Origin: an uncultured virus (IMG/VR IMGVR_UViG_3300042480_000533)
Lineage: Duplodnaviria; Heunggongvirae; Uroviricota; Caudoviricetes
DNA: 64,000 nucleotides
Virus record (IMG/VR): IMGVR_UViG_3300042480_000533
Strand: one strand, 5' to 3'
Positions 1-9,262 of this stretch are shown piece after piece (positions within the stretch are counted from its first letter, which is position 1; each line of letters opens with the position of its first letter). The notes under the pieces were generated by a model that saw only the letters and a program-made list of their open reading frames with translations, was not told the DNA's origin and did not search any database. The translations under genes were made by a program, and so were the position numbers.

Positions 1-398
1 TCGCGCTGTTCGACTTGAGTTCGGATAGTGGCGTCAGATGGAGCCGCGAATACATGGCAGAGGTCGCAGCGGCGCTGCGGGCGCTGCTTGACGAGGTCGC
101 CGCGCTCAAGGCTCAGCCCGACCCGCTCGCGGAGATGTGGGCGGCGCTTGCTGACTATCAGCCGCAAGCAGACCGAGACGGGCATGGAGAGTCGTGGCGA
201 AGGATGTGCCACGAGCGGACAAACGCTAGCGCGTGGAACGCAGCAAACGCGGCGGCAGAAGCGTTCGCCGCTAGTGCCGCTGGGCATGCGGCTTTCGCAG
301 TTTCGCGATCTCAGTCGAACGCGACAAAGAATTCGGTGGATGAGGCGGCGCAGTTGGCCATCGCCGCGATCCGCCGCGCGAAGGAGGTGCAGCGATGA
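1..398 (+). CDS. Hypothetical early protein, paralog 1 of a tandem family (5' end outside the window)
   Basis: Frame is open from base 3. Shares EVAALKAQPDPLAEMW..YQ.QAD..GHGESWR.MC.ERT and the ...AKEVQR C-terminus with the next two ORFs. Confidence 0.75.
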   Translation, partial: ALFDLSSDSGVRWSREYMAEVAAALRALLDEVAALKAQPDPLAEMWAALADYQPQADRDGHGESWRRMCHERTNASAWNAANAAAEAFAASAAGHAAFAVSRSQSNATKNSVDEAAQLAIAAIRRAKEVQR

Positions 399-565
399 CC
401 GACGAACAACGGCAGATTCTCGATCTCGCGCTGTTCGACTTGAGTTCGGATAGTGGCGTCAGATGGAGCGGCGAATTCATGGCAGAGGTCGCAGCGGCGC
501 TGCGGGCGCTGCTTGACGAGGTCGCCGCGCTCAAGGCTCAGCCCGACCCGCTCGCGGAGATGTGG
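1..565 (+). repeat. 140-bp direct repeat (1-140 and 426-565, 2 mismatches)
   Basis: Direct comparison; differences only at gagccgcgaatac versus gagcggcgaattc. Confidence 0.95.
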
Positions 566-817
566 CGAGAGTTGAGCGAGTACCAAAAGCAAGCCGACCG
601 CGACGGCCACGGGGAGTCGTGGCGAAGGATGTGCGAGGAGCGGACGGACGGGGCTGCGCACGCGGCGGCGTGGGCGCGTGGGGCGTCTTCGACGGCGTCG
701 GAGTGGTCGTGGGCGTCGAGGGCGGCGGATCGGGCGGCGACGGCGTGGATGGAAGCGGCGATATGCGCACAACGCGCCATCGACGCGATCTGTAAGGCGA
801 AGGAGGGGCAGCGATGA
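395..817 (+). CDS. Hypothetical early protein, paralog 2
   Basis: ATGA overlap with the previous stop, AAGGAGG SD, same family motifs. Confidence 0.8.
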   Translation: MTDEQRQILDLALFDLSSDSGVRWSGEFMAEVAAALRALLDEVAALKAQPDPLAEMWRELSEYQKQADRDGHGESWRRMCEERTDGAAHAAAWARGASSTASEWSWASRAADRAATAWMEAAICAQRAIDAICKAKEGQR

Positions 818-1287
818 GCGACACCGACGAGATCGCGCGCTTGCGCGCGCTGTGGTGTGAGGAGAAGTCGAAGAGCATGACCTTCTACGCGGAGGTCGAG
901 AGGCTCCGCGCCGAACTCGCGCAGCGCCTCGTCGTGCGGGACGCTCTCGCAGCCGAGAACTCCGCGCTCAAGGCAGAGGTCGCCGCGCTCAAGGCGAAGG
1001 CCGACCCGCTCGCGGAGATGTGGCGCGAGTTGGAGGAGTACCAGCCGATGGCAGACGCAAACGGACACGGCGACACATGGCGAGCCATGTGCCATAAGCG
1101 AACGGAAGAAGCGGCGTCGGCGGCGTATCTGGCGCGGCAATGGTCAAGCCATGTCGCGGCTGCGGCGTATGGCGCATGGTGGGCAGCGCAGCGGGATGCG
1201 GCGGTTCGACGGATTTCGAATGATGCAGTCAAGTGGGCGGCGGACGCGGTGGCCGCTATCCGCCGTGCGAAGGAGGTGCAGCGATGA
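814..1287 (+). CDS. Hypothetical early protein, paralog 3 (coiled-coil N-terminus plus the family domain)
   Basis: ATGA overlap, SD, DPLAEMW...GHGDTWRAMC...AKEVQR. Confidence 0.8.
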   Translation: MSDTDEIARLRALWCEEKSKSMTFYAEVERLRAELAQRLVVRDALAAENSALKAEVAALKAKADPLAEMWRELEEYQPMADANGHGDTWRAMCHKRTEEAASAAYLARQWSSHVAAAAYGAWWAAQRDAAVRRISNDAVKWAADAVAAIRRAKEVQR

Positions 1288-1745
1288 GCGACACACCGAA
1301 CATTGACAACTCCGAAGAACTTACCAAGAATTCGTTTCCGCCTCTTGATCCCGATCCGATTGGAGATCATGGGCGGGAATGGGAACTCGGGATTCTTCGA
1401 CTTCGGAATCTGATCGGTCAACAGGAAATGCTGGTCGAGGGCGCGAAACGCGAGATGAGTCTGGGAGCATGGACTTACAACTGGACTCAGCCTCACGCCG
1501 AACTGCAAGGAATGATCGACGATCTGATCACCGAACTAAGGAGAGCGAAGGGCGAGAACGCCGCGCTCAAGCCCCAAAGCAACGCTGACGAGTTTGCTTC
1601 GATCCCACTCAGGTCGTGGGTGAGCGAAGTCTTCCATCATCTCTGCGACAGTCCGCACACGCCCGATTCGTGGAAGCGCGACTTGAATAACAAGACACAA
1701 ATGCTCCTCAACGCCATCGACCAGGGGAAGAAGGGGCAGCGATGA
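1284..1745 (+). CDS. Hypothetical early protein (153 aa)
   Basis: ATG at 1284 after AAGGAGG with ATGA overlap; contains the ENAALK segment shared with neighbours. Confidence 0.7.
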   Translation: MSDTPNIDNSEELTKNSFPPLDPDPIGDHGREWELGILRLRNLIGQQEMLVEGAKREMSLGAWTYNWTQPHAELQGMIDDLITELRRAKGENAALKPQSNADEFASIPLRSWVSEVFHHLCDSPHTPDSWKRDLNNKTQMLLNAIDQGKKGQR

Positions 1746-1999
1746 GCGACACACCGAGGACGGATTCGATTCAGAGTCATCGTCTGTTGTCGCTCATGTT
1801 CCCGCTTTTCGCCCGCACACTTGAGCGCGACCTCGCGCAGCGCACCGCCGAGCGCGACGAGGCGCGGCGGGAGGTGTGTGTCTCGGTTGCGGAACTTCTT
1901 TACCATGACCAGCCTGACGAGATGACCAGCGCGTTCCGCGCAAGAAAAATCGCCGCCGAGCGCGGCTGGGACTGCTTCAAGGAAAAGGAACAGCTGTAA
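1742..1999 (+). CDS. Hypothetical early protein (RDEARREVC...ERGWDCFKE)
   Basis: ATGA overlap; segments shared with 10520-10864. Confidence 0.7.
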   Translation: MSDTPRTDSIQSHRLLSLMFPLFARTLERDLAQRTAERDEARREVCVSVAELLYHDQPDEMTSAFRARKIAAERGWDCFKEKEQL

Positions 2000-2217
2000 T
2001 GAGTGTTAAAACTTTTAGTAGAAATGCCGTAATTGACGCACATATTCTTCCTCTTCAAGCATCGCTTGTTTACGAACTTTCAATGAAAGCAGCTCAAGAA
2101 GGAGATCGTGAAGAATATAACTACCTTCAGGGTGTGGCAGCTATGCTGTATCATCTCATGAGTGGACATTATAGAATTGTAGTTGAGGAAGAGTTCGACA
2201 ACACAAGGAAATATTAA
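1999..2217 (+). CDS. Hypothetical protein
   Basis: 72-aa ORF with TAATG coupling to the upstream gene. Confidence 0.6.
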   Translation: MSVKTFSRNAVIDAHILPLQASLVYELSMKAAQEGDREEYNYLQGVAAMLYHLMSGHYRIVVEEEFDNTRKY

Positions 2218-2568
2218 ATGAAAATGAACAAAGAAATCAAGAAGCAATGGGTTGCTGCCCTCTGTAGTGGTGACTACGCACAGGGTACGGAAAGTCTTTG
2301 CCGTCAGGATTACAATTCAGAAGAGTATCATTTCTGTTGTTTGGGTGTCCTTTGTGACATTTCTAATCCAAGTAAGTGGGAACACTTTGAAGAATCAGGT
2401 CAATCAGTGTACCATTTTGAAGATGGAGATACAGGAGACGAGATGCCAACCAAAAATTTTCTTGAATCCCTTGGTATTTCGTGGGAAACAGCAGCAGCTC
2501 TTGCTGGCATGAACGACAGTGGACAATCTTTTTCTGACATTGCAAACTATATTGAGGAAAACCTGTGA
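2218..2568 (+). CDS. Hypothetical phage protein
   Basis: WVAALCSG.Y.QG...FCCLGVLCD...MND.G.SF..IA pattern, recognisable as a common small phage protein. Confidence 0.7.
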   Translation: MKMNKEIKKQWVAALCSGDYAQGTESLCRQDYNSEEYHFCCLGVLCDISNPSKWEHFEESGQSVYHFEDGDTGDEMPTKNFLESLGISWETAAALAGMNDSGQSFSDIANYIEENL

Positions 2569-2802
2569 ATGAAGATGAATGGATTGATTTCAACGAGGAA
2601 AGGTGGTGCTGTGAACCCAATGAATTTGAAACTGATTCGCAATACGGATCCTTTGATCGCTATGAGAATTAATCTTTTGTATGAAAATGGAAGCATCCAA
2701 GATTACTCTGAAGATGGTTGGGTGTTGGTCGGTAAAGAATGGTATCCTTTTGAAACCTATGAAGAAAGAGTAAAGAATGTTAAAGATTCACTCAAATATT
2801 GA
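2569..2802 (+). CDS. Hypothetical protein
   Basis: Fills the gap between neighbours; the start may be the GTG at 2611 after GAAAGG. Confidence 0.5.
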   Translation: MKMNGLISTRKGGAVNPMNLKLIRNTDPLIAMRINLLYENGSIQDYSEDGWVLVGKEWYPFETYEERVKNVKDSLKY

Positions 2803-3712
2803 TGTAAACAATGTGCTCGGTAGCTCTGGTCTTGATTGGCGTGTTGCCAAAAAGCCTGTGCTTGTCGAGTCAAACAATAGTGCTTGTGATTATGTAGCAA
2901 GCAAGGATTTCATGGCGGTTGTCCGAAGCGATACCCAGGATATCCTTGGTATTGTGTCAAACAAATACCAACCTATCCAGAATGAAGAGCTGCTGTGGTG
3001 CGCTGAGCACGTGTCCAATGGTGTTCTGAACCTGGTGTCGGCTGGCTATACTGGAAATGGAGAACGAGTATACGCCCAGCTTAACGGCAACCCGTGGGGC
3101 ATTGGTCCAAGTAAGGACGAAGTTTACCCTACTTTTGTACTTAGCAATGGTCACGACGGTAATCATCCAATCAGTGGATGGCCTACTACTGTTCGTGTAG
3201 TTTGCGAAAATTCGCTCAATATGTCTAGCAACCTTGCCAAGAAGCGTGGCCACATGATGATCTCTCTTCGACACCGAGGAAATGTTATGGGTCTTCTTGA
3301 GGAAATCCTTAACAGCATTGAAGAGTACCACGATAGGGCTGAGCGGTTTAAGGTAAAGGCAAATGCTCTTGCCTGTAGCTCGCTTAGTGTGGAACAGGTT
3401 CAGCAGTTCTGGACCAATGTGTATACTCAGATGTTTGGTAACATCCATACCAATGTTGAAACAGAGGCCCAGGAAAAGGCCAACAAGAAGGCCGCAAGCG
3501 TTATGATTAAGTGGGCAGATACCTTTGATTCAGAGGTTAAGCACAGTGGTGCAAATCTTTGGACTGCTATGAATGCAGTTACCAACTGGCTTGACCATAG
3601 CCAGGTTTACCGTGGCGAAGGGAAGGACGATAATCGTTTCAATGATACGGTTTTCGGTAAGGGAGCAACTGAAAAGGTTGCTGTTATGGATATGGCTTTG
3701 GCCAACATCTAA
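2777..3712 (+). CDS. DUF932 / TIGR03299-like phage-plasmid protein
   Basis: SGLDWRV, VVRSDT..ILGIVS..YQPIQN, LSNGHDG, TVRVVC.N, RH.G and LW.A.NAVT..DH motifs. Confidence 0.8.
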   Translation: MLKIHSNIDVNNVLGSSGLDWRVAKKPVLVESNNSACDYVASKDFMAVVRSDTQDILGIVSNKYQPIQNEELLWCAEHVSNGVLNLVSAGYTGNGERVYAQLNGNPWGIGPSKDEVYPTFVLSNGHDGNHPISGWPTTVRVVCENSLNMSSNLAKKRGHMMISLRHRGNVMGLLEEILNSIEEYHDRAERFKVKANALACSSLSVEQVQQFWTNVYTQMFGNIHTNVETEAQEKANKKAASVMIKWADTFDSEVKHSGANLWTAMNAVTNWLDHSQVYRGEGKDDNRFNDTVFGKGATEKVAVMDMALANI

Positions 3713-3718
3713 TTCACT

Positions 3719-3759
3719 GGGAGAAAGCAATGGGTTGCCATTGCTTTCTCCCTTTTATT
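3719..3759 (+). terminator. Intrinsic terminator
   Basis: 15-bp perfect stem GGGAGAAAGCAATGG-GTTG-CCATTGCTTTCTCCC followed by TTTTATT. Confidence 0.85.
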
Positions 3760-3777
3760 AACAAGAGTGCCACTCGT

Positions 3778-4221
3778 ATGGAACTAAGAGTCGTGTTTCA
3801 CAAACCGTCAAACCTAGCGTTTGTTGGTGTCAATCAAATTATAAGTACATTTCTAAAACGTGGCCACTGTAGTCTGTTACTTGTGGGAAACCATGTAACC
3901 AAGTCTGTTCATTTCTTTGATGACGGAACTTTTATATGTGACTACGGAAAAGACCCACTTAGGATGTATGAAATAGACCATGCAATAATCGGGAAGACGC
4001 CCTTTACAATGGATTATGTTCTTTCTTATTGCCGTAGCTTGCAAAACCCAGGCCGTAGTGTTGCTGTTTTAGAGCGGTTGTTGTGGTTGTTAAGCTTTGG
4101 TAAGTACAAACCAAAGCACAACTGCGTATATAATTCAAGTGTAGTGGTCAATCATTTGTTTGGTTATCCTGTGTGTCATGGTACTCCTACTCAACTAAAA
4201 AAGATCTATGATGCCCTATGA
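3778..4221 (+). CDS. Hypothetical protein, possible permuted papain-like fold
   Basis: GHCSLLL upstream of HNC. Start set at ATG 3778 because the 3730 start lies inside the terminator. Confidence 0.45.
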   Translation: MELRVVFHKPSNLAFVGVNQIISTFLKRGHCSLLLVGNHVTKSVHFFDDGTFICDYGKDPLRMYEIDHAIIGKTPFTMDYVLSYCRSLQNPGRSVAVLERLLWLLSFGKYKPKHNCVYNSSVVVNHLFGYPVCHGTPTQLKKIYDAL

Positions 4222-4269
4222 CCTTGTATGTAGCTATGCTACAACCACCAACATTTGATGGAGATAAAC

Positions 4270-6705
4270 ATGCTAGAGATGTGGAAACAACTAACTAAAG
4301 AACAACAAAACACTAGGTTTTCTGTTCAAAAAGCAAACGAAGAAGAGTTGTTGACTAACAGTATTGACAAGTATTGGAGAGAGTATAACAGAGCACCTGA
4401 CGAGGGTAAGCCAGAACAACTACTGCTAGAAAGTGCGGTAGATCACCTTACTCCTTTTTATCAGGAATGGATTGACAAAGTATGTGCTGGCCGTAAGTCA
4501 CCCGATTGGTTGGCTCCCCTATTGCTTATTGGCCCCAGTAAGATGGCAGACATTACAATCAGAAATGTCCTCAAGGCTTTTCTTTCTAGAACAACCTTGC
4601 AGAATTTTGATGACTCTGTTGGTATTCCCCAGAATGCACCTGTTGGACAACAAGTTGCCAAAGCTATTGCAGAAGACGTAATCAATATTATTGCATACCA
4701 AAGTGCAAAGAAATCTTTTAAGGATGACTGGAAGCGTCAGTCTAAGTTTATTAAATCATGGACTCCCAAGCGTTGTCTTGGGTTTACCAAGAAGATGACT
4801 GGAATTCCTAAATACAAATCTAAGGACAAGGAAGACTTTGGTCACAACATGCTTAGGATTGCCCTTGCCAGTGACATCCTCATAAAGAGAATTCACTGGA
4901 ATGGTAGAAACAAGAAGACCATGTTGGTTTCCTTTGCTCCTTGGATTCTAAAGGAACTTTCCCATAGGCATGAAATGCTGGAAGCAGCTTGCATGGTCTA
5001 CCGACCTATGATTTGTCCTCCTGTGGAAAATACAAAAAACGAAAATGGTGGTTTTCTGTCTCCTTGGATTAGGAAGAAAATGATTAAACGGTATCACCCA
5101 GTAGGAGCAAACCCAAAGGAGTGGGACTCCAAGCCATCCGAACTTGTTCTTCGTGGTCTCAATGCACTTGGCAACACCGAGTGGTCTGTGAATGAAAAGG
5201 TCTACTCTGTAATGAAGACCATGTTTGAAAATGATTACAGAATTGCCAATGTGCCAGCAAGTTCCTTCAGGGATTTTTCTTTTAACATTCCCTACCCAGA
5301 ACACGGGACAAAAGAACAAAAGGCAATTTGGATGAGAGAGTCTAATGAAGCATGGGGAGAGTGGTACAAGGAAGAGCAATCCCGTAGTCGCATGATCGTC
5401 CGTCTTGAGTTGTGCAAGAAGATGATCAGCTGGGGATTCTTCTACATGCCATACACCCTTGACTTTAGGGGACGGGCTTATTCTGTTTGTGAGTTGCTGT
5501 CTCCCCAAGGTGTTGACTTTGATCGTGGTCTTGTTCAGTTTGCACTACCAAGAAAGCAAACAACCTCTGGCTTGTGGTGGATGCTGGTTCACCTTGCAAA
5601 CCTGTTTGATCAGGACAAGAAACCCTATACTGAACGGGTCAAGTGGGTAGATGACAACTGGAAAATGATTACTAGGATTGCCGAAGATCCACTGTCTAAC
5701 CGAGAGTGGGTAGATTTGTCTAAGAAAAAGAACAAGTCTTTCCAAAGACTTGCTGCTATTTTTGACATTACCCGTACTGACGGTATGACTCAGGTTCCTG
5801 TTCAGATGGATGGAGCTAACAATGGCGGACAGCATTGGGCTGCTATTCTCAGAAACAGAAAACTAGCTGAGCTTACAAACCTGTTAAGCGCAGAAGAACC
5901 TAAGGATTTGTATAAGTATGTAGCCGATGCTTCTACAGAACATATGAAAAACCATACTGAGAATGAATGGTTTTCTACTTTCTTGACGCACTGGCCTGAT
6001 GGCTTACCTCGTTCGGTAACCAAGCGGCCTACCATGTGCGATGCATATGGCTTGACATTCTACGGAATGCAGAAGTATGTGAATCAAGAAGGACATGTGG
6101 ATTGGGTTCCTAAAGACCAGCGCAGTGGTGCGGTTGTGCAGCTAAGCCGTGCTATTCAGGCTGGTCTTGGTGAAACAATGGCTTCACCAAACACAGGAAA
6201 GGAATGGCTAAGAACAGTAGCAAGTATTGTCAATGACATGAACAAACCATTGGTATGGACAACACCAAGTGGGTTTGAAGTTCACCATGTATACAACCAA
6301 GTAGTAGAGCGAGTAAGTTATGCTGAGTTGTTCAACAAACAACAATTGGTTTTCTCCACTATTACCGAGGATCTAGATGGGACGGCGCAGTACCTTGCGA
6401 TCTCTCCTAACTTTATTCATGCCTTGGATGCTGCTCACATGTTCATGACAATTGGCAAGATGCTAAACAAAGGGATGACTGGCTATTCCTTTGTACATGA
6501 CTCTTATGGAACATATGCACCAGATATTGACATGATGCATTTAATCCTAAGAGAAGAGTTCGTTGAAATTCACAAAGAGAATCAACTTGAAAAGTTCAAA
6601 CAAGAGATCGAAAAAAAATACAGCATCTTCCTCCCAGACTGTCCCCTCAGGGAAGATGGGTTTGAAATCGAAGAAGTCCTCAACAGTAGATTCTTCTTCG
6701 CTTAA
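4270..6705 (+). CDS. T7-type single-subunit DNA-dependent RNA polymerase (RNAP-1, full length)
   Basis: LDFRGRAY, LSPQG, motif A DGANNGGQH, motif B RSVTKRPTMCDAYG, PNFIHALDAAH, motif C VHDSY, C-terminal FFFA. ATG 4270 follows GGAG; the ORF is open from 4255. Confidence 0.97.
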   Translation: MLEMWKQLTKEQQNTRFSVQKANEEELLTNSIDKYWREYNRAPDEGKPEQLLLESAVDHLTPFYQEWIDKVCAGRKSPDWLAPLLLIGPSKMADITIRNVLKAFLSRTTLQNFDDSVGIPQNAPVGQQVAKAIAEDVINIIAYQSAKKSFKDDWKRQSKFIKSWTPKRCLGFTKKMTGIPKYKSKDKEDFGHNMLRIALASDILIKRIHWNGRNKKTMLVSFAPWILKELSHRHEMLEAACMVYRPMICPPVENTKNENGGFLSPWIRKKMIKRYHPVGANPKEWDSKPSELVLRGLNALGNTEWSVNEKVYSVMKTMFENDYRIANVPASSFRDFSFNIPYPEHGTKEQKAIWMRESNEAWGEWYKEEQSRSRMIVRLELCKKMISWGFFYMPYTLDFRGRAYSVCELLSPQGVDFDRGLVQFALPRKQTTSGLWWMLVHLANLFDQDKKPYTERVKWVDDNWKMITRIAEDPLSNREWVDLSKKKNKSFQRLAAIFDITRTDGMTQVPVQMDGANNGGQHWAAILRNRKLAELTNLLSAEEPKDLYKYVADASTEHMKNHTENEWFSTFLTHWPDGLPRSVTKRPTMCDAYGLTFYGMQKYVNQEGHVDWVPKDQRSGAVVQLSRAIQAGLGETMASPNTGKEWLRTVASIVNDMNKPLVWTTPSGFEVHHVYNQVVERVSYAELFNKQQLVFSTITEDLDGTAQYLAISPNFIHALDAAHMFMTIGKMLNKGMTGYSFVHDSYGTYAPDIDMMHLILREEFVEIHKENQLEKFKQEIEKKYSIFLPDCPLREDGFEIEEVLNSRFFFA

Positions 6706-6976
6706 GAATGTTGTATACCCCGACAAAGTTCCACGGCTTGTTGTAGTGGAATGGGTTGATGCCATGACCATTGGTGGTTCTGGTTGGATGGACAAGGATG
6801 AAGCCAAGACTACAGCCAAGGAACCTTTACCAATCATGCTGACTGTTGGTTATGTATTGCATGAAGACAAAGAGCAGATATCCTTGACTAGTACCATAGG
6901 CCCAGGAGAAACAGCTCAGGTCAATAAGATTCCAAAGAAAATGATTGAAAGAATACGGGAGATAGGGAATGGCTGA
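6656..6976 (+). CDS. Hypothetical phage protein
   Basis: VVVEWVDA...GW...TVGYVL...IP..MI pattern; start uncertain because it overlaps the RNAP end. Confidence 0.65.
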   Translation: MGLKSKKSSTVDSSSLKNVVYPDKVPRLVVVEWVDAMTIGGSGWMDKDEAKTTAKEPLPIMLTVGYVLHEDKEQISLTSTIGPGETAQVNKIPKKMIERIREIGNG

Positions 6977-7097
6977 GCAAAAGAATGTCCGAAGAAAGGA
7001 CCTTAAGGAGTTTAATGTTGAGAAGCACAAAAGAGAACAAGACAAGCGCCGTCGAGAAAGACAGCGTCGAGAAGCCCGTAGATCGTCGCCTCAATAA
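6969..7097 (+). CDS. Small basic protein (42 aa)
   Basis: MAEQKNVRRKDLKEF...; ATG follows GGAG and overlaps the upstream stop. Too short for the ORF track. Confidence 0.5.
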   Translation: MAEQKNVRRKDLKEFNVEKHKREQDKRRRERQRREARRSSPQ

Positions 7098-7107
7098 ATA
7101 CCAGGAG

Positions 7108-7239
7108 ATGCATTTAGATGGCTTAATTGATGTGTATGCACCAATTCCTCAAGAACAGGGAGAACCCCTTCCTTCACTAAGTGTTCAGTGGAAGGAAGAT
7201 GCAAGGAGACGCTATGGCAAGAGTATTGGTAATCGGTGA
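7108..7239 (+). CDS. Small hypothetical protein
   Basis: C-terminal part of track ORF 6985-7239, near AGGAG; start uncertain. Confidence 0.35.
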   Translation: MHLDGLIDVYAPIPQEQGEPLPSLSVQWKEDARRRYGKSIGNR

Positions 7240-7879
7240 TCTTCATTGTCCTGCTGATCATAGCGAGTACTTGTATCATTGTTTAAAGATGCAAAAGAAA
7301 TACAAAACAGATCATACTGTTTTTATCGGAGACATTGCAGACAATGAAGCAATTAGCAACTATGAAAAGAACCCAGAACTCCCATCAGCTCTGGAGCAGT
7401 ATAACCTCACAACCAAAGCCATTAGTAAATGGCATAAGGTTTTTAAAGGAGCTTCAGTTGTTATTGGAAACCACGACAAACGAGTACACAACAAAGCAAT
7501 CAAAAATGGAATACCTTCGCTTTATTTACAATCCTATAAAGATTTGTACAATACTAATAGTTGGGATTGGGATCATTCTTTCTGCATCGACAATGTTTTG
7601 TATGTCCATGGTGACGGCTGGTCTTCTGAGTATCCTGCATTCAATGCGGCAAAAGCCCACATGCAATCAGTAGTCAGCGGACATACCCATTCTAAGTTTA
7701 GTATCAACTGGTCACAAGGCCCTAACAAGAATTCAATCTTTGGAATGAATGTTGGTAGCGGAGTAGACCTAGAAAACCCCGTATTCAAATACTCACAGCC
7801 ACACCTCAAGAAAGCCATCCTTGGATGTGGTATTGTAATTGATGGCAAGTTTCCTTATTTGGAGAAAATGTATGTCTGA
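7214..7879 (+). CDS. Calcineurin-like metallophosphoesterase
   Basis: GDLH, GDIAD, GNHD, HGD and GHTH motifs; AAGGAG SD before ATG 7214. Confidence 0.9.
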   Translation: MARVLVIGDLHCPADHSEYLYHCLKMQKKYKTDHTVFIGDIADNEAISNYEKNPELPSALEQYNLTTKAISKWHKVFKGASVVIGNHDKRVHNKAIKNGIPSLYLQSYKDLYNTNSWDWDHSFCIDNVLYVHGDGWSSEYPAFNAAKAHMQSVVSGHTHSKFSINWSQGPNKNSIFGMNVGSGVDLENPVFKYSQPHLKKAILGCGIVIDGKFPYLEKMYV

Positions 7880-8042
7880 GCAACCTCAGGTTCCCGCAGT
7901 TCCAGTAGAGGCCGTAGTACTCTACCTGACGGACATGGCTAAGATGCTTGAATCTATCCATGCAAATCTAATCAACAACATCAACACGCTTCGGCCTAAG
8001 GTCGAGGGAGAGATTGTAAATGCCAGCAGCACTGAAGAGTAA
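7872..8042 (+). CDS. Hypothetical protein
   Basis: GGAG SD; overlaps both neighbours. Confidence 0.55.
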   Translation: MSEQPQVPAVPVEAVVLYLTDMAKMLESIHANLINNINTLRPKVEGEIVNASSTEE

Positions 8043-8490
8043 TTATGGTAAGTCCTTTGTGACGGGAAATGTCACGGTCAAATGGTCTCATCTTATGACA
8101 CCAGATGACAAGTTCGGTAACCCAAATCATTCGGTTACCGTAGAGGTTACCCCAGAACTTGATAAGCTTATCAAGGCTGCCGTCAAGCAGCTTGGTGGCA
8201 AGAAGATCAATGGCTTCAAGGAACAGGATGGACTTAAGACCATCAAGTTTAAGAACACATTGATTGCCAAGAGTGGTGAAAAGACATTCCCCGTTACTGG
8301 TCCTGATGCCAAGCCAACCACAACCGTTCCTTTTGGTACTGATGTGGTTCGCGTCAAGGTAACCCCAGGTCTAATTACCCGTGATAACTCAGTGTCCTTT
8401 TATCTTGAAGGCATTCAGCTTATCGAACGGAACTATGTAGGCAGTGACTCAGACTTCAAGCCAGTTGAAGACTCTGAGTCACCGTTCTAA
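8020..8490 (+). CDS. Single-stranded DNA-binding protein (T7 gp2.5-like)
   Basis: W.HL..PD.KF, KFK, SFYLEGIQLIE, acidic tail ending in Phe; located in the replication module. Confidence 0.8.
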   Translation: MPAALKSNYGKSFVTGNVTVKWSHLMTPDDKFGNPNHSVTVEVTPELDKLIKAAVKQLGGKKINGFKEQDGLKTIKFKNTLIAKSGEKTFPVTGPDAKPTTTVPFGTDVVRVKVTPGLITRDNSVSFYLEGIQLIERNYVGSDSDFKPVEDSESPF

Positions 8491-8501
8491 GTAGGTAGCG
8501 G

Positions 8502-8882
8502 ATGATGGAGTACAGGTTTCCAATAAATCCCATAGCTGCATCACGACCAAGAGTCAGCAGATATGGTGCGTATTTTACTGGACCCTATAAGAAGTTCCGT
8601 TCCGAGGCATCCCTGATAATCAACAGGGTACTCGGACGGAACTTCACTCCATTGTCTGACAAGCTTGCGGTAGACATCGAGTGTTATGTAACAAGACCTA
8701 AGACAACAAAGCTAGAATATCCACGGGCTGATGTAGACAACTACAGCAAGTCTATTCTAGATTGTCTTAATGGAAAATTGTGGGATGATGATTCACAGAT
8801 CGTCGCTTTGTTCATTTCAAAGAAGTGGGCAAAGGAAGGTGAAAGTGGATACTTCACCGTATCTGTAGAAAAGATCAAATAA
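8502..8882 (+). CDS. rusA: RusA-family Holliday junction resolvase
   Basis: RPR, DVDNYSKSILDCLNG..WDDDSQIV. Confidence 0.9.
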   Translation: MMEYRFPINPIAASRPRVSRYGAYFTGPYKKFRSEASLIINRVLGRNFTPLSDKLAVDIECYVTRPKTTKLEYPRADVDNYSKSILDCLNGKLWDDDSQIVALFISKKWAKEGESGYFTVSVEKIK

Positions 8883-9253
8883 TGAACATCGAAAAGTACA
8901 GCAAACTAGCCTGGAATGAGCTTACTATGGTTGGTCTAACTAGGAATTACAATCATGTTTCTATTATTCTCAGGAACAACGATCTTGTTTCCTTGGGTAT
9001 CAATAGACGAAAGACGCACCCCTTGGCTATGAGGTATGGTTATAGAAACCAAGAACTCCATAGTGAATTGGATGCGTTAATTAAGATTCCAAAAATACAC
9101 AGAAACAACCTCGTCTTGCTTAACTTCAGGTTTGATACACAGGGAGAGCTAAAGATGTCAAAACCATGCAGTCTGTGCATGCCTTGGTGCGTTGCAACAT
9201 TTGATGAAATCTATTACTCTGTCCCTGATGGACTTGTCCAGATGGTGCTATAG
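8882..9253 (+). CDS. Zinc-dependent cytidine/dCMP deaminase-like protein
   Basis: HSE (HxE) and KPCSLC (PCxxC) motifs. Confidence 0.8.
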   Translation: MNIEKYSKLAWNELTMVGLTRNYNHVSIILRNNDLVSLGINRRKTHPLAMRYGYRNQELHSELDALIKIPKIHRNNLVLLNFRFDTQGELKMSKPCSLCMPWCVATFDEIYYSVPDGLVQMVL

Positions 9254-9262
9254 GGTTAGTGT

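Noticed and set aside
1..1287. Diversity-generating retroelement TR/VR pair
   Set aside because: No reverse transcriptase is seen, and the two mismatches in the 140-bp repeat are not adenine-specific.
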